Shown piece after piece: positions 28,928 through 40,459 of a stretch of 64,000 nucleotides of DNA. A program made the position numbers and the translations under genes. Source of the stretch: an uncultured Acidobacteriota bacterium (GTDB lineage: Bacteria > Acidobacteriota > JAQAZP01); assembly GCA_963836075.1 (NCBI GenBank), contig CAWIIB010000009.1, positions 1,600,001 to 1,664,000 of the forward strand, given 5' to 3'. Below the pieces are notes generated by a model. It searched no databases. It was given only the letters and a program-made list of their open reading frames with translations, and was not told where the DNA came from. Positions within the stretch are counted from its first letter, which is position 1, and every line of letters begins with the position of its first letter.

Positions 28928-30167
28928 TTTTTTCAGCGTCGATCCAGTCACCGAGGAGAGCCGGGTCGATCCGCTGCACCTCGAGCAGGGTGGCGATGAG
29001 TGACTGGTCGGCGGCGGCCCGGGAAGAGTTGTAGAACTCCCAGACCATTTCCCCGGTGGGGGTGACCTCGAAGGCCCGGCCGTTCACCGAATCGGTGATC
29101 AGGGTGTTGCCGTTGGGCAGCCGTGAGTTCGAGCCGAGCACCGGGGAGTCAAAGCCGTTTTCCTCGTTCCCCTCGAACGACCAGTGGGTCTCCCCGGTGA
29201 GCGGGTCGATCTCGACAACCTTTGATCCGTCCGGATGGCCGCAGTTGTCGAAGAGCAGCATCCGGCCGTTGTCCAGCAGGGTGGGCTGGTGCTGCTCGCG
29301 CCAGTCGCCGGTTCTGGCCCAGACTACCTGTCCCAGCTCGAGATCGACGATGGCGATGGCGTCGAGGTTGCGCATGGAGACCAGCACCTTCCCCCTGCCA
29401 AAAAGGGGGGAGCGGTGGGCCTGGGAGCCGTCGAAGACCTCGATGGTGTTGGTGTGCAGCAGATGGCTGGAGCGGGGCATCGGTTCGAGATAGTCACGGT
29501 AGGGGGAGTTTTCGAAGGCCACCAGCAGCGATTGCCGGCGCAGCTGCTTGCCCTCCGCGTCAAAGACGGTGATGAAATCCTCCCGGACCTGCTTTTTTGC
29601 GTGAATTCGGCGCAGAATCCCCTTGCGCCAGGTGAGGGTGTAGATCAACCCCTCTTCGGTGACGAAGAGGTCGTGGTGCACCGGAGTGGGCGTGGCCCAG
29701 ATCAGCCGGGAGTCCTTGTCCAGCTTGAGCAGGCCGTACCCGGTGACCACGGCCAGCAGGTCACCGTTGGGGAAGAGGTGCACCCGGCGCCAGAAGAGCG
29801 CTTTTTCGTCTTTCGCCGGTTTTCGCGAGCCGGACTCCAGCGGTATGGTTTTGAAATCGTAGCTCCAGTTGTGGAGGATTTGCCCTTCCATGTCGGTGAG
29901 AAATGCCGACTGGCCGTGGCCGCCGTTGCAGAGATTCAGCCCGGGCCACGTTTTTTCCGGGAGGTGGCGGGTGACGTTTTCTTTCTCCGTGGCCGGCTTG
30001 TACCCGGTGAGGTAGCCGAGGGCGTTCAGTTGCCTGTTTCTCCTCTCATCCGCCGGCGGTGTTTTCTCCGGTACGCTTTCCACACTGTTGCAAGCCCAGA
30101 GCCAGACCGGGGCGGCGAGGAGAGTGAGCAGCAGAATGCGCAGGATCGGGGATGCTGGGAGAGTCAT
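28923..30167 (-). CDS. Arylsulfotransferase (ASST)-family lipoprotein
   Basis: LWAC lipobox-like site; HHD, HTN, SMRN, QH, FDN, RLPNGNTLI motifs. Confidence 0.8.
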   Translation of the reverse strand: MTLPASPILRILLLTLLAAPVWLWACNSVESVPEKTPPADERRNRQLNALGYLTGYKPATEKENVTRHLPEKTWPGLNLCNGGHGQSAFLTDMEGQILHNWSYDFKTIPLESGSRKPAKDEKALFWRRVHLFPNGDLLAVVTGYGLLKLDKDSRLIWATPTPVHHDLFVTEEGLIYTLTWRKGILRRIHAKKQVREDFITVFDAEGKQLRRQSLLVAFENSPYRDYLEPMPRSSHLLHTNTIEVFDGSQAHRSPLFGRGKVLVSMRNLDAIAIVDLELGQVVWARTGDWREQHQPTLLDNGRMLLFDNCGHPDGSKVVEIDPLTGETHWSFEGNEENGFDSPVLGSNSRLPNGNTLITDSVNGRAFEVTPTGEMVWEFYNSSRAAADQSLIATLLEVQRIDPALLGDWIDAEKR

Positions 30168-30387
30168 GGGGTATCCTCGTCATGTCCGGCCGGTCGGATG
30201 CCTGTCAAACGCCCCGTAATCTAGTGCGTTACATCGCCGGTTGCAAGCAGGGCCGGTTTTTCATTCGGACAAATGACCGCTGGAATTTTCCGAACAAAGG
30301 ACCTACTATACATAGTAAGTGCCAAGGTGCCCGCGGCCGCCCAACAGTTTTTCTCACGGTTTACATATCGGCAAGAGGAGAAGCCCC

Positions 30388-31938
30388 ATGCGCCAGTGCT
30401 GCCTGATTTTCTTCCTCGCCCTCTTCCTGGTTCCCGCCGCCCAGGCCGTGGTGATTTACGTTCCCGCGGAACAGCCCACCATCCAGGCCGGCATCGACGC
30501 CGCCCATGACGGTGACATCATCAACGTGGTGGACGGGGTTTACTTCGGGCCGGGAAACGTGGACCTCGATTTCCAGGGCAAGGCGATTACCGTCCGGTCG
30601 GGCAACGGGCCGGATTATTGTGTCATCGAGCCGCAGTATGCCGGTCGGGCGGTCCGTTTTCGTAACGGCGAAGGCCGGGATTCTGTGCTCCAGGGGTTCA
30701 CCATCCGCCAGGGGATCACCAGCGGTGAGGGTGCGGCGGTGCTCGTGGATTCGGGCTGTTCTCCCACCATCGCCGGCAATGTGTTCAGTGACAACATCAG
30801 TTTTGGCCGGGGAGGAGCCGTCCACTGCCGTTACGGGTCCGAGCCGCTGATCACCGGCAACACCTTTCTGGGGAACCAGGCGGTGAACGGGGGTGCAATC
30901 TCAGCGTTCAACTGCGAACCGGTCATCACCGCCAACCGGTTCCAGAACAACCATGCGCGCGGTGACGGCGGGGGCGTCCACCTCGATCTCTCCCGGGCTG
31001 AGCTGGTGAACAACCTCTTCTACCTCAACAGCGCCGACCGTGACGGCGGTGGGCTTTTCTGTATTGACGGCCGGATGACCGTGCGCTGTGCAACCATTGA
31101 TCACAATACGGCCGGCACTTCCGGCGGCGGCATCCGCGGAGTGCACAGCGTGGTGGAGGTGCACGACACGATCCTGTCCAATGACGACGCTCCCCTGGGC
31201 CGGGAAATCTGCAGCGGTGACGACGGTCTCCCCTCCCACCTGGCCATCAGCTTCAGCTGCGTCAGGGGCGGCTATTCGATGGTGGATGTGGCTGCGGGGA
31301 GCACCCTGACCTATGGGGACGGTGTGATCTTTGATTGGCCGCACTATGTCTATGGAGTTTACGGCAGACACTACCTGTCCAACACCCTTGCCGGCCAGAC
31401 CTCGACCAGCGCCTGCGTGGACGCGGGGAGCGGCGCTTCGGTGGACGTGACGTACCCGGGTGCCGGCGGCATGGTGGGGATGAACCAGACGATTACCCGG
31501 AGCGACGAGTGGCCTGACGACGGCCAGCTGGACATGGGGTTCCACTACCAGCCGTACCGCCGTCTCTGGCGTACCGTGGAGGCCGCCATCGCCTGCATCC
31601 CGGACAGCGGCACCCTGCCCCTGCCGCTGCAGTTCTGGGTCAGTCTGCGCAACATCTCACCGGTGGTCGGCCTGCGCCAGTTCGCGGTGCGGGTCAACCT
31701 GGTGATGCCGGACGGCCGGGTGACCCGGCAGTGGAAGGCGGGGTACACCAATGTGGCCGAAGAGGGGTTCTTCGACGTGTGGCAGCAGATCATCCCGGTC
31801 TCCGGAGGCATGGTGGGTGACATCAAATTCATCATGGTGGCCGAGGACGTGACCTCGCCGCCATACAACCTGCCGCCCTACCCCCCGGCGGGCAGCACCG
31901 ACACTTCGACCTTCACCGTCACCACGTTCGCGCCCTGA
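30388..31938 (+). CDS. Secreted right-handed parallel beta-helix protein with an uncharacterised C-terminal domain
   Basis: GAGGAG RBS; signal peptide; TIQAGID, GKAITVRS, repeated FxxN...GG[AG] motifs. Confidence 0.85.
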   Translation: MRQCCLIFFLALFLVPAAQAVVIYVPAEQPTIQAGIDAAHDGDIINVVDGVYFGPGNVDLDFQGKAITVRSGNGPDYCVIEPQYAGRAVRFRNGEGRDSVLQGFTIRQGITSGEGAAVLVDSGCSPTIAGNVFSDNISFGRGGAVHCRYGSEPLITGNTFLGNQAVNGGAISAFNCEPVITANRFQNNHARGDGGGVHLDLSRAELVNNLFYLNSADRDGGGLFCIDGRMTVRCATIDHNTAGTSGGGIRGVHSVVEVHDTILSNDDAPLGREICSGDDGLPSHLAISFSCVRGGYSMVDVAAGSTLTYGDGVIFDWPHYVYGVYGRHYLSNTLAGQTSTSACVDAGSGASVDVTYPGAGGMVGMNQTITRSDEWPDDGQLDMGFHYQPYRRLWRTVEAAIACIPDSGTLPLPLQFWVSLRNISPVVGLRQFAVRVNLVMPDGRVTRQWKAGYTNVAEEGFFDVWQQIIPVSGGMVGDIKFIMVAEDVTSPPYNLPPYPPAGSTDTSTFTVTTFAP

Positions 31939-31946
31939 CGAACAAA

Positions 31947-31986
31947 ACCCCGGGGAGGCGGCTCACTGTGCCGCCCCCGCCGGGGT
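31947..31986 (-). terminator. Intrinsic terminator hairpin between convergent genes
   Basis: ACCCCGG/CCGGGGT outer stem with GGCGGC/GCCGCC inner stem; TTTTGTT follows on the minus strand. Confidence 0.65.
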
Positions 31987-32022
31987 GGTTGATCATTTTC
32001 GGTAACCGGAGCCGGTCCAGTC

Positions 32023-33709
32023 CTATTTGGATTCGATCTGCTGGATCTTCTTCTGGATCGACTCCAGCTCGGAACGAAGCTCGTCGGCTTTCTCCTGCTC
32101 GCCCATCTGCTCCAGCTTGGCGATCTTCTCCTCGTAGATCGTGGCCTTTTCCTGCAGTTTGAACAGTGATTCCTTCTGATACTTGGCCGTGATTTTCATG
32201 TGGATTTTGGCCACGACCTGGGCGTCCGGCTCCACGGTCATGCTGTCCAGCAGGGCGTCCTGGCCCTGGAGCACCGTCTCCACGCCGGCCAGCTCCTTCT
32301 GCTCCAGGCCGGCCTTGATCTTGTCCAGCTCGGCCTGGGAAGCCCCGGCCTCCCTGGCTTCGACATATGTCGCCTTCTGGCCATACAGGGCTTTTTTACG
32401 GAAGCTGAGGCCGCGGACCACGTCGTACATCTCCTCGAGGTTCAGCTCCCGGCCGCGCCAGAGGTCGGAGTAGGAGTAGCTGTTCAGTCCTGCTTCCGGG
32501 TTCTGGTGGAACAGGGCCACCAGGAAGGCGTTCCGTTCCTCGAAGGAGATTTCGCCGTCACCGTCCACGTCGGCCGAGGGGTAGGCGGAAATCCGCTGAA
32601 CGATCTGCTTGGCATGATCGTCAATCATCTGGCTGGTCAGGGCGGTCTCGGTGGTGCCGGCGGTGCCGGTGAGCACAAAACCGCTCCAGGCCAGCAGGAC
32701 GATCATGGTGGCTGCGCGCAGGATGGGCCGGCCCGCGGGGCGCAGGGGGGATTCGAGAATCATGTCTATTCTCCTTTCAATGGTGCTGGTGCGGCCGGCC
32801 ATGCAGGTGGGGCGGTAGGCCAGACCGTTCAAACGGGCTGACGGCACCGCCTCCAGCAGGCAGCGTGCGTACTCGCTGGCCGCGAGTTTGCCGTGACGCA
32901 GGGCCCATCGGTCACAGGCATGTTCGCGGGCCAGGTCGATGTGACGGTTGACCCACGCCACCACCGGCCAGAAGAAAAGGACCTGTTCCGGCAATCCACT
33001 GCAGGCAGCGCAACCAGGGGTCCCCTCTCCGGAGATGGGTCACCTCGTGCACCACCACCGTCTCCAGCTCGTCCGGCCGAACGGTCTGGCGGCGGGATAG
33101 GACCAGCAGCGGTCTGGTCAGCCCCACAATAAAGGCCGACTGGAACTCGTCGCTGATGCGGACCATCGGAACACGGCGCAATCCGAAACGCCGGCAGACG
33201 TCGCGGACCAGGTGGCTGGTCTTGCGGTCGGCCGGCGGGAGCGCTCGACAGTAGGTGAGCAGCGCCCGGTGACGGCGGCTTCTCCAGAGGAGCAGTGCCG
33301 CCACGGTGGCGATGTATGCCAGGGCGAGGAGGGTGAGCCAGGGGAAGCCGCCGGCCGCGGCGCCGGTGAGGGCCTCGTCGGCCGGTTCGTCCACCAGCGG
33401 GTTGACGGTGGCCAGTTCGGCGGCGATCAGCCCCAGGTTCGAGCCGGCCATGGGCCCGCTCTGCACCGCCGTGCGGAAGAGGCTGGGCAGGGACCAGGAC
33501 CACCCCGGCCCGAAAGGCAGCAGGAAGCGGACCAGCACGATGGTCCAGAGCGCCACCTCGAAAGCGGGGGGGATCTTGCGCCGCAGCAGCCGGGCGGGCA
33601 GCCAGGTCAGGACGGCCAGCAGCGTGCCGAAGAGCAGCGCCTCACCCAGCCAGCTGAGCAGGGTCACGGCCAGGGGGTTGAGAGATGACAGCAGTTCGCT
33701 CATGGTCAC
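32023..33709 (-). CDS. BlaR1/MecR1-like M56 metallopeptidase antirepressor; +1 frameshift near 32982
   Basis: HEVTHLRRGD, FFWP, REHACD, YARCLL; C-terminal EF-hand-like DVDGDGEISFEE. Confidence 0.85.
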
Positions 33710-34119
33710 TTCCCTCCCTGGCGGGCGTCCGCTTCCCGGGCTGCCCGCTTCTGGATCTTGTCCTCGATCCGGCGCAGATCCGCCGGCGAGAGGTCGCTCT
33801 CCTCCACCAGGTGGAGTACCAGGTCTTCGGCCTGACCGTCGAACACGGTCTGGACAAAGCTCTCCAGCCGCTGGCGCAGCACCTGCTCCCGCCGGACCTG
33901 CGGGGTGTAGACAAAGGGCTGCCGGCCGCGGTCCACCTCCAGGGCCCCTTTCTCTCCCAGGTTCTTCATCATCGTCATGATCGTGGTGTAGGCCGGCTTC
34001 GGCGATCCGGCGGGCAGGGCGTCGATCACCTGCTGCACCGTTCCCGAGCCCAGCTGCCAGAGCACTTTCATCACGTCCAGCTCGGCCGGCGTGATGTGCG
34101 GGGTGTTTGTTCGGGGCAT
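33706..34119 (-). CDS. BlaI/MecI/CopY-family repressor
   Basis: AELDVMKVLW, AYTTIMT, KG, FDG motifs; GGAGGAG RBS; overlaps the M56 gene start. Confidence 0.92.
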   Translation of the reverse strand: MPRTNTPHITPAELDVMKVLWQLGSGTVQQVIDALPAGSPKPAYTTIMTMMKNLGEKGALEVDRGRQPFVYTPQVRREQVLRQRLESFVQTVFDGQAEDLVLHLVEESDLSPADLRRIEDKIQKRAAREADARQGGK

Positions 34120-34153
34120 CTTCTCCTCCATCGTTACTAGTATGCTAAAAGTA

Positions 34154-34179
34154 TTACTATGCGTATAGTAATTTGTCAA
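34154..34179 (-). promoter_or_regulatory. blaI promoter -35 with autoregulatory operator
   Basis: Perfect palindrome TTACTAT-GCGT-ATAGTAA (34154-34171) immediately downstream of minus-strand TTGACA (34179-34174). Confidence 0.75.
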
Positions 34180-34442
34180 GCGATTTTTTCCGCTGCGCTC
34201 CAGCACCGTATCCTTACTAACGCCGAAAACCGTGGAAGGTTCGATATTTGAGCGGGATAGGGTGAATCGACCCGCTGGCTTGATATTTTCTCAGAGGGAC
34301 GCTCCGGGTCTGCGGGCAAGATGACCGGGACCGGTTTCATGGACAATATGCAATACTGTGTAAGGAGCCAGTCAATTGCGACCGGAGATGGCTCTGATTA
34401 TTGAAGTGAACTTGGCATTTTCACCAGTGTGAGGTTTTACTG

Positions 34443-36083
34443 ATGAAGAAAGCGCTGTTATTCGTTTCTCTCGTATTGTGGGCTCTTTCTGCTTCCGGCC
34501 CGGCTCACGGCGATCCCTTCAACGGATACACCCTGTTCTCGCCCATTTCCTCCACCACCACCTATTTGATCGACATTGACGGGCAGGTGGTGCATACATG
34601 GCCCAGCACGCATACCACGGGAAGTTGTGTGTATCTGCTGGAGGACGGGAGCATCCTGCGTCCGTACTACGAGGAAAATCCAATCTTCGCCGGAACATTC
34701 GGTGGAATATTGCAGAGGATCGCCTGGGATGGCACCGTTGTCTGGGAATACGATTATTCGACACCCACACACATGCAGCACCACGATGTGGAAGTGCTGC
34801 CCAACGGCAACATTCTGATGATCGCCTATCAAAACAAAACCTATGCCGAGGCCATCGCCGCCGGCCGTGACCCCGCACTGATGAACGGGAACCACCTGCT
34901 TCCGGAGAGCATCATCGAGGTGGAGCCGGTGGGTACTCATAATGGCAACATCGTCTGGGAGTGGCACCTCTGGGATCACCTGGTCCAGGATTTTGACAGC
35001 CTCAAGCCCAACTACGGTGTGGTGGCCGATCACCCCGAGCTGATGGACCTCAACTTCGTTTTGAACGCCCACCCTGACTGGATCCACGCCAACTCCGTGG
35101 ACTACAACGAGGAGTTCGATCAGATCCTCATCAGCGCCAACAATATCAGCGAGATCTTCATCATCGATCACAGCACCACCACCGAGGAGGCCGCGGGCCA
35201 CACCGGGGGGAACAGCGGCAAGGGCGGTGACATCCTCTACCGCTGGGGGAACCCCCAGGCGTACGATGCCGGGGATTTGAGCGACAAGAGGTTTTTTTAC
35301 CAGCATGACGCGAGGTGGATCAAGGAAGGCGAACCCGGGACGGGCAATATCCTGGTTTTCAACAACGGCCTGGGACGTCCCGGCGGCAGTTACTCCAGCG
35401 TGGAGGAGATCGTGCCACCCGTGGACGGCAGCGGCAACTACAGCCTCGTGCCCGGCTCGGCGTACGGGCCCTCAGATCCCGTCTGGATCTACTCGGACCC
35501 CGACAATTTCATGTCCGGCTTCATGGCCGGTGCGCAAAGGCAGCCCAATGGAAACACGTTGATCTGCGAGGCGGGAAGCGGGACCCTGTTCGAAGTTACC
35601 ATGACGGGCGATACCGTCTGGACGTACCTCAACCCCTATCCCGATACCGTTTACAATATCGTGTTCAAGGTCGATCGCTACGCTCCCGATTATCCAGGTC
35701 TGGTCAACCTGCTGGGGACCATCGATTCGGAGCTGACCTGCCAGCCCGCGTCGGGCACGGTGCCGTTCACCACCCAGATGACGGTGACGCTGTCCAACCG
35801 GTACACCGGCCAGGTGCGCCGCATCTCGGGCCGGATCAACGCCACGCTGGCCAGCGGCGCCTACTACGGCAACTGGCGCGCCGGATACACCAACGTGGAC
35901 GCCGGAGGGAGCTACGTCGCCTCCTGGACCCAGAACCTCCCGGCCCTGGGATCGGTGATCGGCAACAACCTTTTCGAACTGCTGGCCGAGGACGTGACAC
36001 CTGCCCCTTACAATCAGCCGCCCTACCCGCCGGCAGGGGATTCGGCCACCGACAGCTGCACGGTGACCGGGGTCGCGCCATAA
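34443..36083 (+). CDS. Secreted arylsulfotransferase-family protein with the same C-terminal domain as 30388-31938
   Basis: Signal peptide; HHD, WIHANS, YRWGNP, QHD, FNN, PNGNTLI. Confidence 0.85.
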   Translation: MKKALLFVSLVLWALSASGPAHGDPFNGYTLFSPISSTTTYLIDIDGQVVHTWPSTHTTGSCVYLLEDGSILRPYYEENPIFAGTFGGILQRIAWDGTVVWEYDYSTPTHMQHHDVEVLPNGNILMIAYQNKTYAEAIAAGRDPALMNGNHLLPESIIEVEPVGTHNGNIVWEWHLWDHLVQDFDSLKPNYGVVADHPELMDLNFVLNAHPDWIHANSVDYNEEFDQILISANNISEIFIIDHSTTTEEAAGHTGGNSGKGGDILYRWGNPQAYDAGDLSDKRFFYQHDARWIKEGEPGTGNILVFNNGLGRPGGSYSSVEEIVPPVDGSGNYSLVPGSAYGPSDPVWIYSDPDNFMSGFMAGAQRQPNGNTLICEAGSGTLFEVTMTGDTVWTYLNPYPDTVYNIVFKVDRYAPDYPGLVNLLGTIDSELTCQPASGTVPFTTQMTVTLSNRYTGQVRRISGRINATLASGAYYGNWRAGYTNVDAGGSYVASWTQNLPALGSVIGNNLFELLAEDVTPAPYNQPPYPPAGDSATDSCTVTGVAP

Positions 36084-36113
36084 ACGGCTGGCCCGGGGAG
36101 TGCGGACTGCCCC

Positions 36114-37148
36114 TCACTCCCCCTCCATCACCAGCACCTTGGCCCCGCGGATGCGCCGCTGCTTCAGTTCCAGCAGGGCCTTGTTGGCGTCCTCCAGGGG
36201 GTAGGTCTGCAGTTCGGGGCGGATGGGGATCTCGGCGGCCAGGCGCAGGAACTCGGTGACGTCCCGGCGGGCCACGTTGGCCACGCTCTTGATCTCCTTC
36301 TCCATCCAGAGGTGGGCCGGGTAGTCGAGGCGCTGGAGCTCGTCCCGGTCTCCGTCCTCCTTGCGGATGGCGTTGATCACCAGGCGCCCGCCCGGCGCCA
36401 GGTTGGCCAGCGCCTGCACCACCGGCTTCCAGGCCGGGGTGGTGTCGATCACCGCGGCCAGTTGCTCCGGCGCCCGATCACTGGTGTCCCCGGCCCAGGT
36501 CGCGCCCAGCTGGAGGGCGAACTCCCGTTCCCCCGGATCGCGGGCAAAGACGTGGACCCGGGTGGCGGGGAAGCGGTGACGCACCATCTTCAGCACCAGG
36601 TGGGCCGAGGCTCCGAAACCGGTGAGACCCAGTGCCTGGCCGCTGGACAGCCCGCTGAGGCGCAGCGAGCGGTAGCCGATGGCGCCGGCGCAGAGCAGGG
36701 GAGCGGCTTCGGCCGCAGAGAAACCCGGGGGGATGGGGTAGGCGAAAGCCTCCGGGACGCACATCTGCTCGGCGTAGCCGCCATTGGCGTCGCGGCCGGT
36801 GGCCTGGAACTCGGGGCAGAGGTTCTCCTCACCGGCCAGGCAGTGCAGGCAGTGGCCGCAGGCGGACCAGATCCAGGCCACTCCCGCCATCTCCTCGATG
36901 CGGGATCGGTCGGCGCCTGGTCCTGCCTCCACCACCCGGCCCACCGCCTGGTGCCCCGGGATCACCGGCAGCCGGGGCGGCGGGGTGCGCCCCTCGATCT
37001 CGTCCAGCTCGGTGTGGCAGACGCCGCAGGCCGTCACCTCCAGCAGCAGCTCCCCCGGCCCCGGTTCCGGACGGGGCAGTTCGGTGAGCTGCAGCGGTTC
37101 ACGGTTCTCTTGCAGGCGGCAGAGCTCGGTGAGCAGCATCGCTTTCAT
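36114..37148 (-). CDS. Zinc-binding alcohol dehydrogenase (MDR family)
   Basis: CGVCHT, PGHQ, CxxCxxC...C structural Zn site, APLLCAG, GFGASA. Confidence 0.93.
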   Translation of the reverse strand: MKAMLLTELCRLQENREPLQLTELPRPEPGPGELLLEVTACGVCHTELDEIEGRTPPPRLPVIPGHQAVGRVVEAGPGADRSRIEEMAGVAWIWSACGHCLHCLAGEENLCPEFQATGRDANGGYAEQMCVPEAFAYPIPPGFSAAEAAPLLCAGAIGYRSLRLSGLSSGQALGLTGFGASAHLVLKMVRHRFPATRVHVFARDPGEREFALQLGATWAGDTSDRAPEQLAAVIDTTPAWKPVVQALANLAPGGRLVINAIRKEDGDRDELQRLDYPAHLWMEKEIKSVANVARRDVTEFLRLAAEIPIRPELQTYPLEDANKALLELKQRRIRGAKVLVMEGE

Positions 37149-37163
37149 CGGCGGATCCCCCCG

Positions 37164-37829
37164 TCACGTGGTCTTGAGCACTTCGGCCCCGTCCTTGTTG
37201 CGGCCCCACTGCCAGTTGGCGATCCGGCCCAGCCGGCGGGCCAGCCGCTGATCCATCCGGAGATGCCAGGTCTTTTTCCGTTGCACCTCGATCAGCTCGC
37301 CGAAGATCTCGTCCACCGCCCGCACAACTCCCGGGTGATGCCTGTTGTAGTCATCGCCGGCCATCAGACCGCCGGTCTTGAGCTTGGGCAGCCAGGAGAG
37401 GATATCGGTCTTGACGCACTGGTACTGGTGGCAGGCGTCGATGTAGATCATATCGAAGAAGCCGTCGTCAAAGGCGGCGGCCGCCCCGGCCGAGGAATCA
37501 CGCACCAGGGTCACCAGGTCCTGGTGGCCGGCGGCCCGCAGGTTTTCGAGGAACGACTCCAGACGCTCCTGGGACAGAGGCCAGGAGGGGTGGCCGAAGT
37601 GGCAGGGGGGCAACGGCGGCGGGGTGCCGTCCTCGCTGAGCCAGATGTCCACCGCCCAGACGCGGTTGTTGTTCGCCCGGCAGATGTCGAGGATCGGGAG
37701 CAGCGAAGCCCCCTTCCAGACGCCGATCTCCACGATGGCGCCATCGTGGATCAATTCCACCTGGCTGCGGCTCCAGGCCGGGTCGGGCGGCCACCCGCCG
37801 GCGGGGGGGCGCTTCTTTCCAAAGATCAT
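37164..37829 (-). CDS. Class I SAM-dependent methyltransferase (Methyltransf_24-like)
   Basis: VEIGVWKGAS, IYIDACHxY, LKxGG, GDDY. Confidence 0.8.
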   Translation of the reverse strand: MIFGKKRPPAGGWPPDPAWSRSQVELIHDGAIVEIGVWKGASLLPILDICRANNNRVWAVDIWLSEDGTPPPLPPCHFGHPSWPLSQERLESFLENLRAAGHQDLVTLVRDSSAGAAAAFDDGFFDMIYIDACHQYQCVKTDILSWLPKLKTGGLMAGDDYNRHHPGVVRAVDEIFGELIEVQRKKTWHLRMDQRLARRLGRIANWQWGRNKDGAEVLKTT

Positions 37830-38020
37830 CGGTGGCCTCCACGGGTTGGTCCGTTGCCGCGGGGTGCGGTGAGTGGAGGATAGAATAGAGGATCATCCTG
37901 ACGGTTTCAATCGACGTGCCGCTGCCGACGATCCGTTGACAAGGGCCGTTGGATCAATCACCATTATTTTGAAAAGGGTAATAACCCGGGGTTTTCCCCG
38001 TTGATGGAGGAACAGTATTA

Positions 38021-40457
<2,437 letters not shown>

Positions 40458-40459
40458 CC

